Source of the DNA: an uncultured Methanomicrobiales archaeon
Lineage (GTDB): Archaea; Halobacteriota; Methanomicrobia; Methanomicrobiales; Methanospirillaceae
Length of the DNA: 64,000 nucleotides
Direction: 5' to 3'
NCBI GenBank assembly: GCA_963758915.1
Contig: CAVWXH010000005.1
Location: 32,001-96,000, forward strand
How positions within the stretch are numbered: the first letter of the stretch is position 1; each line of letters begins with the position of its first letter. Below are positions 31,065 to 41,917 of the stretch, one piece after another. Both the position numbers and the translations under genes were made by a program. The notes beneath the pieces are model-generated. The model worked only from the letters and a program-made list of their open reading frames with translations. It did no database searches and had not been told where the DNA came from.

Positions 31065-31952
31065 TTAGTATTTCTCCGGAATCCGGCGGAATGGATAGTC
31101 CGGTTCGACGTAGTCGCCCTTCGGCTGGCGCTTGGGAAGTTTCACCTTCTCACGAGGGACTTCCTTGTAGGGGATCAGGCTTAACAGGTGGGCGATGCAG
31201 TTCAGTCGCCCGCGCCGCTGGTCGTGAGAATCCACAACATACCAGGGCGATTCAGGGGTATCAGTGGCAGCAAACATATCGTCGCGGGCCCGCGAGTAGT
31301 CGTACCAGCGGCGATGGCTCTCGAGGTCCATCGGGCTGAGCTTCCAGATCTTGCGGTAGTCATTGATACGTTCCTCGAAGCGTTCGGTCTGGTCTTCCAT
31401 GGTCTCTTCCAGCCAGTACTTCACCAGGATAATCCCGGATCCAATGATCGCCTGTTCGACCGGGGGCACCCAGTTCAGGAACTTTTCCACCTCTGCCTCC
31501 GGGGTAAATCCCATTACCCGCTCAACACCCGCCCGGTTGTACCAGCTGCGGTCGAAGAGTACCACTTCGCCGGCGGCCGGCAGGTGCGGAATGTAGCGCT
31601 GGATGTACATCTGGGACTTCTCCCGCTCTGTGGGTGACGGCAGGGCCACCAGCCGGAAGACTCGCGGGCTCGTGCGTTCGGTGATGCGTTTGATGACGCC
31701 GCCCTTGCCGGCTGCATCGCGGCCTTCGAAGAGCACGCAGACCTTGGCGCCGCTGACCTTCACCCATTCCTGCATCTTGACGAGCTCGATCTGGAGCTTC
31801 TCCAGCTCCTTTTCGAATTCCCTGCGACTCATCTTTGCCTGGGGTTCCACCGCGGCCTCAGTTGTCTGGCTGTCAGGTGCAGCCGGGATGCCGTCCCGCG
31901 GCCCGGCCTTTGCCTGGTGCTTCACTTTCTTCTTGTCTTTCTGCTTCGCCAT
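31065..31952 (-). CDS. ppk2: Polyphosphate kinase 2
   Basis: FEGRDAAGKGG, FDRSWYNRAGVERVMGF, WKLSPMDLES. Confidence 0.95.
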   Translation of the reverse strand: MAKQKDKKKVKHQAKAGPRDGIPAAPDSQTTEAAVEPQAKMSRREFEKELEKLQIELVKMQEWVKVSGAKVCVLFEGRDAAGKGGVIKRITERTSPRVFRLVALPSPTEREKSQMYIQRYIPHLPAAGEVVLFDRSWYNRAGVERVMGFTPEAEVEKFLNWVPPVEQAIIGSGIILVKYWLEETMEDQTERFEERINDYRKIWKLSPMDLESHRRWYDYSRARDDMFAATDTPESPWYVVDSHDQRRGRLNCIAHLLSLIPYKEVPREKVKLPKRQPKGDYVEPDYPFRRIPEKY

Positions 31953-32293
31953 AGTTACTTCTCCATGATCTTATAGTCTTAATAAATTCTGCCTTAACGA
32001 TCAGGAGCGATGGAGTGGGTAGTCTTATGGGCGAAAATGTAACGCGGCCGACAATGTAACCCCTCTCCAGAAGGTATTGCAATACTAAAGAAATTTCCCG
32101 GAACTCCTGATGGAAAGGAAACGATCTGTCAGCATTTTTCCACAATTTCCTGTCGGGCTGACGTTTCCCCCCGGGCTTTTTGATAGAATCAGGCGAACCT
32201 TACGGTAGTAAGAAGTAAACAGAGCAGACTAATCCATGATTCATCAATACTATGGCCTTTGATGAACGGCCAGGTTTTCACACATGTCCATGG

Positions 32294-32518
32294 TCAGATT
32301 TTTCCTAATTTACGGAGTAAAAGACCACATCCTCCATACAGTGCTATCGATACAACTATTATTGAACCCCACCAGAGGATAAAACCGGTATCCCCGGAAA
32401 CCAGTGCCCCCCAGAATTTCGTGATGATATAGAGTATCCCAATGGTGATGACGATTATTCCACCATAAATGATGATGACCGCACCGATGCCCTGGACGGA
32501 CATATCATCCATGTACAT
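32294..32518 (-). CDS. Small 2-TM membrane protein
   Basis: Two hydrophobic helices, basic C-terminus. Confidence 0.6.
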   Translation of the reverse strand: MYMDDMSVQGIGAVIIIYGGIIVITIGILYIITKFWGALVSGDTGFILWWGSIIVVSIALYGGCGLLLRKLGKI

Positions 32519-32575
32519 ACTGGGTAATCAGCCTATATGAACTCCGTCGTTTCCCTACAGACACTATAGTATCGT

Positions 32576-33664
32576 TTAATCAATATACTGTGCCAGGAGT
32601 TCGGTATAAAGACGTTCGACGTTCTCTTTGGTTTTGGGCATGGACGGAAACCCTTTACACTTCATGGCAAGAGGGATATCCTGCACCAGGTTGAGTTTAT
32701 ATTGGCTTTTCGAATAAAACCATCCGGCATTTTTGTAATAATACGAAAGATATTCCTGTTCAGGTTGTCCCGGTGTCGGAATGAAAAGCCCGTGATGTTT
32801 ATCGAGTTCCGCAAGTTCCATCATTGAGGTATAACCTGACCGGCAGATGACAAACTTCGCACGGTTCATCAGGTGCTCTTTTTCCCGGGTGGTTGCATAT
32901 GAAATTACCGTGCAGCGGCCTGAAACTGATCGTTCCGGAGTTTTTTGTGGACTCCCAAGCAGTGCTATAGTGGGCCCGTCAAGATCGGAAAGCATCGGCG
33001 TGAGGATCTCCTCAAGACAACTTCTCTGGGGTTCAGGCCCGGAGATCAGGACGAGGTAATCAAGGTCCTGTTCACTATCCGTTTTTTGTATGCTTGAAAG
33101 AATTCCTGAAAAGAAAACCTTTGAATCGGTCAGCCCCCGGACAGGACGGGACAATTTTCCTGCAATAGATGTCGCCCCCGGCGGGTTATCGAGGACAATG
33201 ACCCCGGTAAAATTATCAAACAGGAAGTAATTGGCAAGGATTGAGCCAAGTTCGAAGGGCCAGAACAAAAGCGGGAGGGGATAGTGGATCTGGTGAGTAA
33301 CAAAGAACGTGGGGATTTTTAATGAATACACCCCGGGCCGGTTATCACTGATGATGAGATCATACCGGTTTTTTTCAAGAATACGCTGCAGGTTCCGGCG
33401 TTCCTCTGCAAGAGCCTGCGCAATGGCTGGCAGTGATGCAATGAATTTCGGGGTAAAGAAACGGCTTGTGCTGTACGGAGCAGGATAATCTTTAAACTGG
33501 ATGAAGCTGCATTCCGGGAATTCATACTGGAGCACGGTGAGTGCGTTGCCGCTCGCCGCGATGGTTACATCGTGATGATGGTCCAGGAGGGTCCTGATAA
33601 TAGGAATATCCCTCGTGGCATGACCAAGACCCCAGCTGAGCGGAGAGAGCAGTACATGAGCCAT
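32576..33664 (-). CDS. GT-B glycosyltransferase (GT28/MurG-like)
   Basis: WGLGHATR, ISDNR, SGPEPQR, CRSGYTS, PTPGQPEQ. Confidence 0.88.
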   Translation of the reverse strand: MAHVLLSPLSWGLGHATRDIPIIRTLLDHHHDVTIAASGNALTVLQYEFPECSFIQFKDYPAPYSTSRFFTPKFIASLPAIAQALAEERRNLQRILEKNRYDLIISDNRPGVYSLKIPTFFVTHQIHYPLPLLFWPFELGSILANYFLFDNFTGVIVLDNPPGATSIAGKLSRPVRGLTDSKVFFSGILSSIQKTDSEQDLDYLVLISGPEPQRSCLEEILTPMLSDLDGPTIALLGSPQKTPERSVSGRCTVISYATTREKEHLMNRAKFVICRSGYTSMMELAELDKHHGLFIPTPGQPEQEYLSYYYKNAGWFYSKSQYKLNLVQDIPLAMKCKGFPSMPKTKENVERLYTELLAQYID

Positions 33665-33791
33665 TTATCACCCTGTTAATTATTCATAAGTTTAATGCTG
33701 CTTGAGTATTGAATGATTCGGAATTGAAATTACAGGAATCTGCTCAAAAATCTCATGGTATTCACTATTAATTTATCAGTTATTTAATCAA

Positions 33792-34674
33792 ATGACTAGT
33801 TAAGAAACATTCGGGAGGGTTCGTATCAACCCACTGGCAAGACTTCTGCGGTTCGGGGAATATGGGTTATTGTCCATCACTGTCGGATTGTTCGGAGCGT
33901 TTCTTGGGTCCTCGTCTGTTGATATCGCTCTCGTCTGGCTTGTAATTTTTATCATATCCTCGTCTGCGTTCGGATTTGTGGTAAACGATATTTCAGACCG
34001 CGAACTGGATGCACATACGCCATTTCCCAGAAACCCGCTTGCAGACGGTTCGATGTCGTTGAGCTTCGCAGTCCTCATCAGCGCCTTGCTCCTTCTCGTC
34101 ACCCTGGTAAGTATGGTGCTCCTGCCGGCAAAGCTGCTCTGGATAGAAGGCCTGATCCTTGTTATGTTTATCACGTATTCTTTTCTCATTGAAACGAAGA
34201 ACATAGCCGGGCTTGACCTTGCGTACCACGCCGTCCTCCCGATGCTCTGTGGTATGCTCGGATACCTCCTGTATTCCCCGGTAAACCTGACCGGTATCAT
34301 CTTTTTCGCTCTCCTTGCACTATTCGGGATCATCAGCGAACTCCTTAACGAGATCCGTGATATTGAAAAGGACCGGAATACACGGAGAAATTCGGTCATG
34401 ATCATGGGGGAGCAGGCTGCATTCAAGTGGACCATTGCCCTCATGGTCCTCGCATTAGGTACTCTGCGCCTACCTCGTTTCAGTTCAGATGGGTTATTAC
34501 TGGCTGCTCCCGTTGTTCCCGTTCGGCTTACTCCTCGTTAGACCGGTGATCAGGGCGATGAAGGATGCCAGTTACAAGTCGACATTTGTTGAGGAGATGA
34601 ATACCCAGACAATAAAAGTTGCCGGGATCTCCCTCCTGGTCTATTGTGCACTCCGGTTTACCGGGATCATGTGA
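33792..34674 (+). pseudogene. UbiA-family prenyltransferase, disrupted (TAA at codon 4; frameshift near 34460)
   Basis: NDISDRELD...RNPLADG and NEIRDIEKD Asp-rich motifs; the C-terminus continues in ORF 34489..34674. Confidence 0.75.
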
Positions 34675-34823
34675 AGATATCCCTTTTCCAGCGAAGCTGC
34701 CGGGTTACTGTACAACATTGGTTCTTGCATTGTACCCCGGCCCCGGTTTTCCCTAAGTTGCCCCGGAGAATCACAATTTTTTTGATGGTAAAAATGGTAA
34801 ATTTCTGAATTTAATTGTCGGAC

Positions 34824-36229
34824 CTAAATATCGGGTTGAGCCGTTATCTCACCCGATTGTATCGCATCGAGGAACCTTTCACAATCATGTTCGGCCTGGT
34901 ACGCATAGAGTCCCGCAAACGTCCCGATCGCCCTGTCAAATACATCAGTTTTCCCGAGGTATCCCGAGATCATCGCAGCATCCCCTGATCGTGCATGGGC
35001 ACGTGCGAGGGTCCACCCACATACTTCAGCATACCGGGAGAGCTGGAGGGGATGTCATAATGGTAACATCTAAGGAGAATTTCATATCCCGGAGCTGGCG
35101 CATATAAAAGTGGAGTCCCATTTTGCCCGTTGTCCACCCGAGCATCAGATCGCTCGCCGACTGCATCAGGCGCTGGCCGACAACGACCCGTTGCCCGGGG
35201 TTGTCTGAATTCACTTTTTCCTGCATACGGCTCAAGGACGGAAGTACGTGCTTCTTTCACCTGGAGAAGCAGGGCGTCATTCTCTTCTGCCATCAGGAGT
35301 ACAACACCACACCGCATACCTACGCTGCCAACACCTACGACCTTGTAGGCGAGGTCCTCAATGTGGTAACGGTCAAACAGTACCCGGCGTTCATGCGGCA
35401 GGGTTTCGCGATAGTTCTCCAGGGCTTTAATGAAAGATCCGGGGTCGACATCTTCAGCAGGGGGATGGTATATCAGCGGGAGTTCGTCTTTAATGAGCCG
35501 CTTTCCGTTCTGGACCTTGGTAATTTTTGGAAATACATATTCTGATATACTTGACCTTGCCTGCTGGGCAATCCTCTGCCGGTTTTTTTTCGCTTCGGCA
35601 TCCGGTGCCGATGCGATGATTGCATCCATATCAAGCCTGGCATACCACACATCGAGCACATTCATCGTGGAGAACTGCATCATCGCTTCACGATATGAGC
35701 GGACACAACTCCTCGTGATATTCCTGCCGTCCTTATCAGAAAAACCATTATTCAGGGCGGCGATACAAAAACTGGCTGCAAGGCGCTTGATATCATACTC
35801 AAAAGGTGCAGGGAGGGTCTCATCGAAATCATTGATATCGAAAATCAGGTTCCGCTCAGGCGTCGCGAAAAGGCCGAAATTGGAGAGGTGGCAATCCCCG
35901 CAAGCCTGGACTATGAGGTCCGTTGTCGGTGTCCCGGCAATATCCAGTGCATTCAGTGAAGCAGACCCACGGAAGAAGGCAAAGACATTTTTTGACATGC
36001 GCCCGTAGCGGATTGGGATCAGGTGTTCGAGCCTTCCTTTACTGGACTCTTTTATTACCTCAACCGGGTCCGGCCGGTCACCAGGTGGTTCAAATTCGGC
36101 GTGCGAAACCCGCGGAATTGTTTCCCTGATGGCTTTTCCTTCCTGCCGCCGCTGTTCAGATGTTTTATAATCCGTGATAAATCTTGTAATGCCAAATGCA
36201 TCGCGTTTTACGGTTGTCTTGTTTTTCAC
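34824..36229 (-). CDS. DUF2252 family kinase-like protein, several frameshifts in 34900-35220
   Basis: IRYGRM...FAFFRGSA, CGDCHLSNFG, FDINDFDET, KVVGVGSVG, QVKEA; tail GQR.MQSASD, RQLRDMK, ARAHARSGD in other frames. Confidence 0.88.
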
Positions 36230-36436
36230 CCATTCTCACCCTCGAAATGTACTGTGTCTTCTGTATCAACCATGACATTCATTAGTAAATAGACATATTC
36301 CTTGTGGGTTGCACCCATGGATTTCTATCTCTCCTTCTTATTCAATCAGTTGAACAAAGGGAAACTGACCCGATTCTATAGCAGAGGCAAAAAAATTCTT
36401 CGGACCTCAGGTACCCTAAAAAAGATAACTATGTGA

Positions 36437-36601
36437 CTAAAACATCGAGAATACCATTACAACACCTGCGGCTATAAAGGCCATAATCATTACCACCATC
36501 CCTATTTTCATCGTGGCCCCGGCGATACCCCTTGCGCCACATGCGGCGGCTATTACCCCGATAATAATCAGGATAAACGCAATCCAGAACAGACTGAACA
36601 T
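36437..36601 (-). CDS. DUF1328/UPF0391 (YtjA-like) small membrane protein, 54 aa
   Basis: MFSLFWIAFILIIIGVIAAACGARGIAGATMKIG...; AAGGAG RBS; not in the ORF track. Confidence 0.75.
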   Translation of the reverse strand: MFSLFWIAFILIIIGVIAAACGARGIAGATMKIGMVVMIMAFIAAGVVMVFSMF

Positions 36602-36823
36602 TTTTTTACATCTCCTTTAATGAATTAAAAGGGAAGATGATCTTAGTTTATATAAAGTCTCCTTTGACATTACCAATGGAATGATGGCTCCCCGGGAATG
36701 CGAAACAGGCTATTACCCGTTTCAAACTTCACATATAACAAATGTTCCCGGCCTGTCTTATCCAAAAACCAGTAATAATGTGCTTAAATGAGCTACCGGG
36801 ACTTTTCCATTGCAGATAAAAAA

Positions 36824-37522
36824 TCAGGTTAATATAACCGGGAGTGTGAAAACCCGTTGCAGGACAATCACCAGGAATATCACCGCAATCCCGATAAAAA
36901 CTAAGGTAACTACCGGCCATTTCCATTTCCCGGAGACCCCTGCGAAGAATAACACAAGTGCACCAAACACGGTGGTGAGGATATAGCTGTCGCTGTTCGC
37001 ATTCGCCTGCCGGACGTTATCAAGGTTTACTGACATGTTGAGCTTCAACTGCTCCAGTTCCCGGCTTGTCTTCAGTGAGTAACTCGGCAACGAAAAAGGG
37101 GTTCCCTGGGGTATCTCGCCTGGTTTTGCTGCCTGTAACCATTCATTAAAAGCCGGACGGAATTCATCACGGAAACGGTCTTCGAGAAAAACCATTCTCC
37201 CTGTCTGGTTTTCACTTGCCGCCTGTACCCATGAGAGGAACATATTGACATCAATGGTCCGGAGCGTGTTGTCGTCATTCGTAAGGCGGATTGATTGTGC
37301 CTGTAAGAGTGCAATAGCACCAACATTCTCCATCTGGACATTACCCCATGCAGAGGCCTCGTATACGCACCATGCTGAAGCAACGGTTGCTGTCGCAAGG
37401 AGTACGAGTATAACAATTTCAATTATCCTTTGAGTTTTCTTTTTCCCTTCATCGGGCTCTTTGCCGTTACTGTTATTATTGCTTCCGGCGCCTGATAATC
37501 TCAAGATTGATAATAGACCCAT
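36824..37522 (-). CDS. Hypothetical membrane protein (1+2 TM with helical loop)
   Basis: LLATATVASAWC.YEAS.W, FRDEFRPAF..W, TPF.LP.Y, VLFFAG. Confidence 0.75.
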   Translation of the reverse strand: MGLLSILRLSGAGSNNNSNGKEPDEGKKKTQRIIEIVILVLLATATVASAWCVYEASAWGNVQMENVGAIALLQAQSIRLTNDDNTLRTIDVNMFLSWVQAASENQTGRMVFLEDRFRDEFRPAFNEWLQAAKPGEIPQGTPFSLPSYSLKTSRELEQLKLNMSVNLDNVRQANANSDSYILTTVFGALVLFFAGVSGKWKWPVVTLVFIGIAVIFLVIVLQRVFTLPVILT

Positions 37523-37716
37523 GGGTACCCAAATCCAGTCGGTGTTATTCCATATGAAACATGGATTATTGAAATCTTGCGCTTCGAACGCTCCAGTTCA
37601 CATGCTCCCGAATCCCCCGCATACTATGAGAAATAGTTACATGAGATAGTAAAAAACCAATGAATTCCCTGTCATGGTGCAATAAATTGATTCCGGGGAT
37701 GAGGTACCAATAAATC

Positions 37717-38070
37717 GAATTTGTTGAAACCCTTCGGTGTCATAAAAAATAAGAGGGAAATACGAAGACAGGAGGGGGTTTCACCCCCTCCCTGCCCCAC
37801 CCCCATTAAGATATTCTTCGGGCAGGGTTTACCGAAGGCTCATTAAATTCAGTGTATTGGGGGATGGTCTCTATCCCAACCGGGGTCGCCAAAACGGCGG
37901 GGCGGAGCCCCGGGAGCGTGACGAAATTTTGGAATTACCAATCTGCAAGATAGACTTGAGAGGATTTCCCATGTAAATGCCTGAACGGCCACCAATATGA
38001 AGAGATTTTGAACGCGGCATTTTCATGGTTTGGGTGTGAACTTCCCGTTCATGCATGTTTCTACAGAGCC
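37717..38070 (-). mobile_element. MITE copy 2 (354 bp)
   Basis: Perfect 8-bp TSD AATAAATC (37709-37716 and 38071-38078); ends GAATTTGTTGAAA...TTTCTACAGAGCC. Confidence 0.9.
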
Positions 38071-38108
38071 AATAAATCAGATTTTGCTGATGGATGCCTG
38101 TCCCGGGC

Positions 38109-38774
38109 TTAAAAATTACCCGGGCAAATCCCGTCGGTAAAAAAATTTATTCTTTGAAGAAATGGACTTTCACCGATCATTTCCTGCATGATATTCTCTT
38201 TTCCATACTTCTTCACGTAGGTATAACAGATCAGAGCAACAATTACCCCGGAAATAAAGACAAAGATCATATCAGACATAGTATCCGTGTTGTTCGCCTG
38301 CATTGGCCCGGCAAGGCTACCACCAATAAAGGTGTCCACGGTGAACTCATAGATCTCCCAGAGGTATTCCATTATCATGCCAAACGCAACCGTGAAAAGC
38401 CCGATAAACAGGGCGTCCAGGCGATAATTCCTGACCTTGTCGAGAAACAGGATTGCAAGGAACCCTAACAGGGAGACGATGAACCCTGACACAAGGTGGG
38501 CGAGGTTATCCCAGTTGGGAATATTGTAATACCGTCCCTGTATGTATCCTGACAGGTGGATGAGGATTGCCAGGGAGATGAGGAAGTAAATGAACCACGG
38601 GAATTTAATGTTGGCATACTTTGTGATAACATAGGGTATCATACCCATGACGAACATGAGGATCCCGACTGATATACCCCCTGAATCACCGATTGCCACC
38701 GCATACAGGACATTCAGGCCTACCAGTGCCTGTACGAAGTAGGCGAGGTACATACCATACGAACGATTAGTCAT
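38109..38774 (-). CDS. Membrane protein (DUF2238/VanZ-like fold)
   Basis: H..G....Y...WDNLAH, WEIYEF..D, DTMSDM. Confidence 0.7.
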   Translation of the reverse strand: MTNRSYGMYLAYFVQALVGLNVLYAVAIGDSGGISVGILMFVMGMIPYVITKYANIKFPWFIYFLISLAILIHLSGYIQGRYYNIPNWDNLAHLVSGFIVSLLGFLAILFLDKVRNYRLDALFIGLFTVAFGMIMEYLWEIYEFTVDTFIGGSLAGPMQANNTDTMSDMIFVFISGVIVALICYTYVKKYGKENIMQEMIGESPFLQRINFFTDGICPGNF

Positions 38775-39024
38775 AGGGTGACAATTTATGGCTGACAGTA
38801 TATTTATTTTTGCGAGTAATCCATGATCTCCTCAATAACGGCGTAGCGATGGAATTCCGGATCGGAAATGAGGAGTATATGACACGGATGCCGCAATACA
38901 TACTTCAGGGAAATAATACAGCAACTTTTTCTATCCGCTTACAATCCGGGCAGATGTGTGCATGAGGGAATGTTTCCGTGAGAAAAAACCGGATTTCCAG
39001 CCAGGTATAAAAGAGGGCATCTCA

Positions 39025-39955
39025 TCAGCCCATCAGGGCTGTATTATCCGTGCCACCGTTTTGTGGCGGGGTGATATATACAATTTCGGGAGGCGATAAA
39101 AACCTGAGTTCTACATCCAGGTTGGACGTCCCTGTCCCCCGGGTTATATACGTGACGGTATCTCCCTCCATAATTTTCCCACTTAATGTGACCAGGCCGC
39201 CCGAAATGACCCGTTCGAAACCGGACGGGATAAACTGGCCACCGTGGGTATGTCCGGCCAGGATAAGGTCTGCATCCCAGTCAGTCCGGCATTCGGGTTC
39301 GTGGATCATGTAGATGACGAAAGAACCGGTCCTGGGCACTTCCGGTGGGTCCGCCATCCCCGCCCAGCCATCGTCCACGCCGACAATCACCACGCTCCTG
39401 CCGTCAATCGTGATCTCTTCATATTCATTCCGGAGTACCCTGACCCCGTTGGCAGTCAGCACGGCAGCCAGCCGGTCGGCGTATTCATAGTCAGCAGATG
39501 TATCCCGGAGACAGCTGGTGTTATAATTCCCCGGTTCCATCGGGGCGTTCTGTACCCCTATCATTTTGCGAAGGCCACTCGCTGCACTATTACCTGACAT
39601 GTAGTCATGGTTACCAAGTACTGCATACGCGGGTGCTTCCAGTCCGGACCATACCTCCTGGAGGGAAAGGTCTTCACCATCTTCGTACGTAAAGTCCCCC
39701 CCGATTAACACCACAGATGGATGTAGGTCATTGATTTGCCGGATAATTTCCCGGGTATGGTTGATATTACTCGCCCGGAGGTGAGGGTCCGCGATAAACA
39801 CGATACCTGCCGGGGCACCCTCAATTTCCAGCCGGGTGACCTCTGACGAGCCTGCCCTCCGTGTACATGTAGCCGACCGACGCGGGGAGAAGCACGGCGA
39901 GGAGCACAATGGTAAAATATAGTTTATAATTGGTATCAGGCAATCGAATGCTCAT
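39025..39955 (-). CDS. Membrane-anchored metallophosphoesterase (YkuE-like), frameshift near 39845
   Basis: DPH, GGDF, GNHD, HEP, GHTHGGQ; the N-terminal TM is in another frame from ATG 39955. Confidence 0.85.
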
Positions 39956-40191
39956 CAGGTTATCTACGATCGGGTGGTAGTTCTTCTTTCATATTGTTTC
40001 TGATCATGGCAAAGTTTCTCTGCCTGGATCTACCGTAATCCAGAACGTCCTAATTGTGAACTCAAAGGCAGGGTAAATAAAATCTCACCTCATCGTGTCC
40101 ACGAAATTTCTCACCGGTATTTGGCCGGCATTGTACCTGGGGTAGTTTAATCTGCTCGGGTAACGAAAAAATCTGTATACGGGAGTCTATA

Positions 40192-41064
40192 ATGGAAATT
40201 GAACTGCTAATTACCATCGGCATCTACCTGTTCATTCTTACATCAATGCTCTTTATCGGACTTGGGCATACCTACAGGGATTTTCTCGAACCTTTCAAGA
40301 ATATTAAGCTGGTATTGTTTGCGCTGCTTGTAAACCTCGTCCTTATCCCGGTTGCCGGCTACCTGGTTGCTACCGTGTTTGCCCTTTCCGGTGCGATGCT
40401 GGTCGGATTTCTCCTGATGACCAGTGCACCAGGTGCCTCCTACGGACCGAGACTTGCCGAGGTTTCGGGTGGCGATGTGCCGTTTGCTACCGGTCTCATG
40501 TTCCTCCTCTGTACGGTCGCATTGGTTTCAACACCGATCACCCTGATTCTCCTGATGCCGGAGGATTCGGTAATTAATATGTGGCCTGTCATCCGTACGC
40601 TTTTGCTCCTTATGGTAATCCCTATGGCAGCCGGGCTGCTGGTTCGTGCCAAATGGCCTGCCATTGCTAAAAAGCTGGAAGCACCTGTTGTATGGACTTC
40701 ATATATCATGATCCTGGTTGTAATGCTCCTGTTCCTCGCGACCGTGCTATTCTCGCCAGGTGCAGTCGGCGGGCTTACGAAACTGTTTGGGACCTTTGGA
40801 ATTGCTGCAATGGTAATTGTCGTTGGCATATCACTTGTTCTCGGATACCTTTGTGGTGGGCCAACGACCGGGACCCGAAGGTCGCTTGCCACAGGTTCTG
40901 CTATCAGGAACGCAGGGATGGCCATGCTTTTTGCTACCAGTATATTCGGTGAGAATGTGAGCGAGGTCCTCCCCGTTCTTATTGTCTACATTATCGTCCA
41001 GACCGTGATGGTCGGACTCGCTGCAGGGAAATGGAGAAAACAATCTGCTCCCGGAGCGGTATAG
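40192..41064 (+). CDS. Bile acid:sodium symporter (BASS) family protein
   Basis: NLVLIP, APGA, GGDV, IRNAG. Confidence 0.85.
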   Translation: MEIELLITIGIYLFILTSMLFIGLGHTYRDFLEPFKNIKLVLFALLVNLVLIPVAGYLVATVFALSGAMLVGFLLMTSAPGASYGPRLAEVSGGDVPFATGLMFLLCTVALVSTPITLILLMPEDSVINMWPVIRTLLLLMVIPMAAGLLVRAKWPAIAKKLEAPVVWTSYIMILVVMLLFLATVLFSPGAVGGLTKLFGTFGIAAMVIVVGISLVLGYLCGGPTTGTRRSLATGSAIRNAGMAMLFATSIFGENVSEVLPVLIVYIIVQTVMVGLAAGKWRKQSAPGAV

Positions 41065-41444
41065 CGCAACATAATCCCCCCTCATGGGGGGATGTACCTT
41101 TTTTCTGAACCTGTTATCCATGATACCAACCAATTGCAATTGTTAACAATTCAGATCCAAGGACGATGGTGCCGGGTTCTTCCTGCAGGAGAGACAACCC
41201 GTCTTCCCTCTTAAAAGACGGATTGTACCATACAAAGTATACTTATTAGCCTTAAAATGCTAATCCAGAGTTATTCCGCCCTCCGTGTTCCGGAGCCAGG
41301 ATGGAACTGTTGAACCAGGAGGAAAACATCATGGGATTATCAAAAAGGTTGTTACCGTAAAGAAAGTTAAAGAACACTCAAAATCCAGGGTAGAGCAAAA
41401 AGAAGAATTTGCGAAGGCTGATGAGAAGAAATAATGGTTATTTT

Positions 41445-41883
41445 GGCTGGTATGAAAAACTCCGGCAAAAACGATCTGAAACCCACCTTTTTTCGTGCTC
41501 ATCTATGAGCCAAAGGTTCAATAGCACGCTCTGTAGAAAAACACATGAACGGGAAGTTCACACCCGGGCTATGAAAATACCTCGTTCAAAATTTCTATAT
41601 ATGGGATTCGTTTTGTTATGTTCATGGGAAATGCTTTGCGAATCTCTGGCGACTTCGGGTTGTTCCAAAATTAACCCACGCCCCCGGGGCTCATGGCCCG
41701 CCGCTTTGGCGACCCCGGTTGGGATAGAGACCATCTCAAAAATACTCTGAATTTAATGAGCCTTCGCCGAAACCCTGCCTGAAGAATATCTTAATGGGAG
41801 TGGGGCAGGGAGGGGGTGAAACTCCCTCCCGTATTCGTATTTCCCTCTTCTTTTTTATGACCCCGCAGGGCTTCAACAAAGCC
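41445..41883 (+). mobile_element. Composite MITE: 82-bp outer-element arm plus MITE copy 3 (41527-41883)
   Basis: Begins GGCTGGTATGAAAAA, ends TTCAACAAAGCC; flanks GTTATTTT / GTTTTTTT (7/8); 41445-41526 is homologous to the rc of 2029-2108. Confidence 0.8.
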
Positions 41884-41917
41884 GTTTTTTTTAAAAAAAA
41901 ATAAATGAATTTCGGGA

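Noticed and set aside
29993-31339. 448-aa + strand ORF and other long ORFs within 28343-31968
   Set aside because: Antisense shadows of the high-GC ATPase/ppk2 genes with no motifs of their own
33792-33803. In-frame stop in the UbiA gene as recoding (pyrrolysine/selenocysteine)
   Set aside because: The codon is TAA, not TAG/TGA, and the gene has a second lesion
41409-41750. ORFs with 'HEREVHT..MK.PRSK' (also 37871..38056, 44136..44330)
   Set aside because: Translations of the MITE; lengths and frames differ between copies and there is no transposase motif
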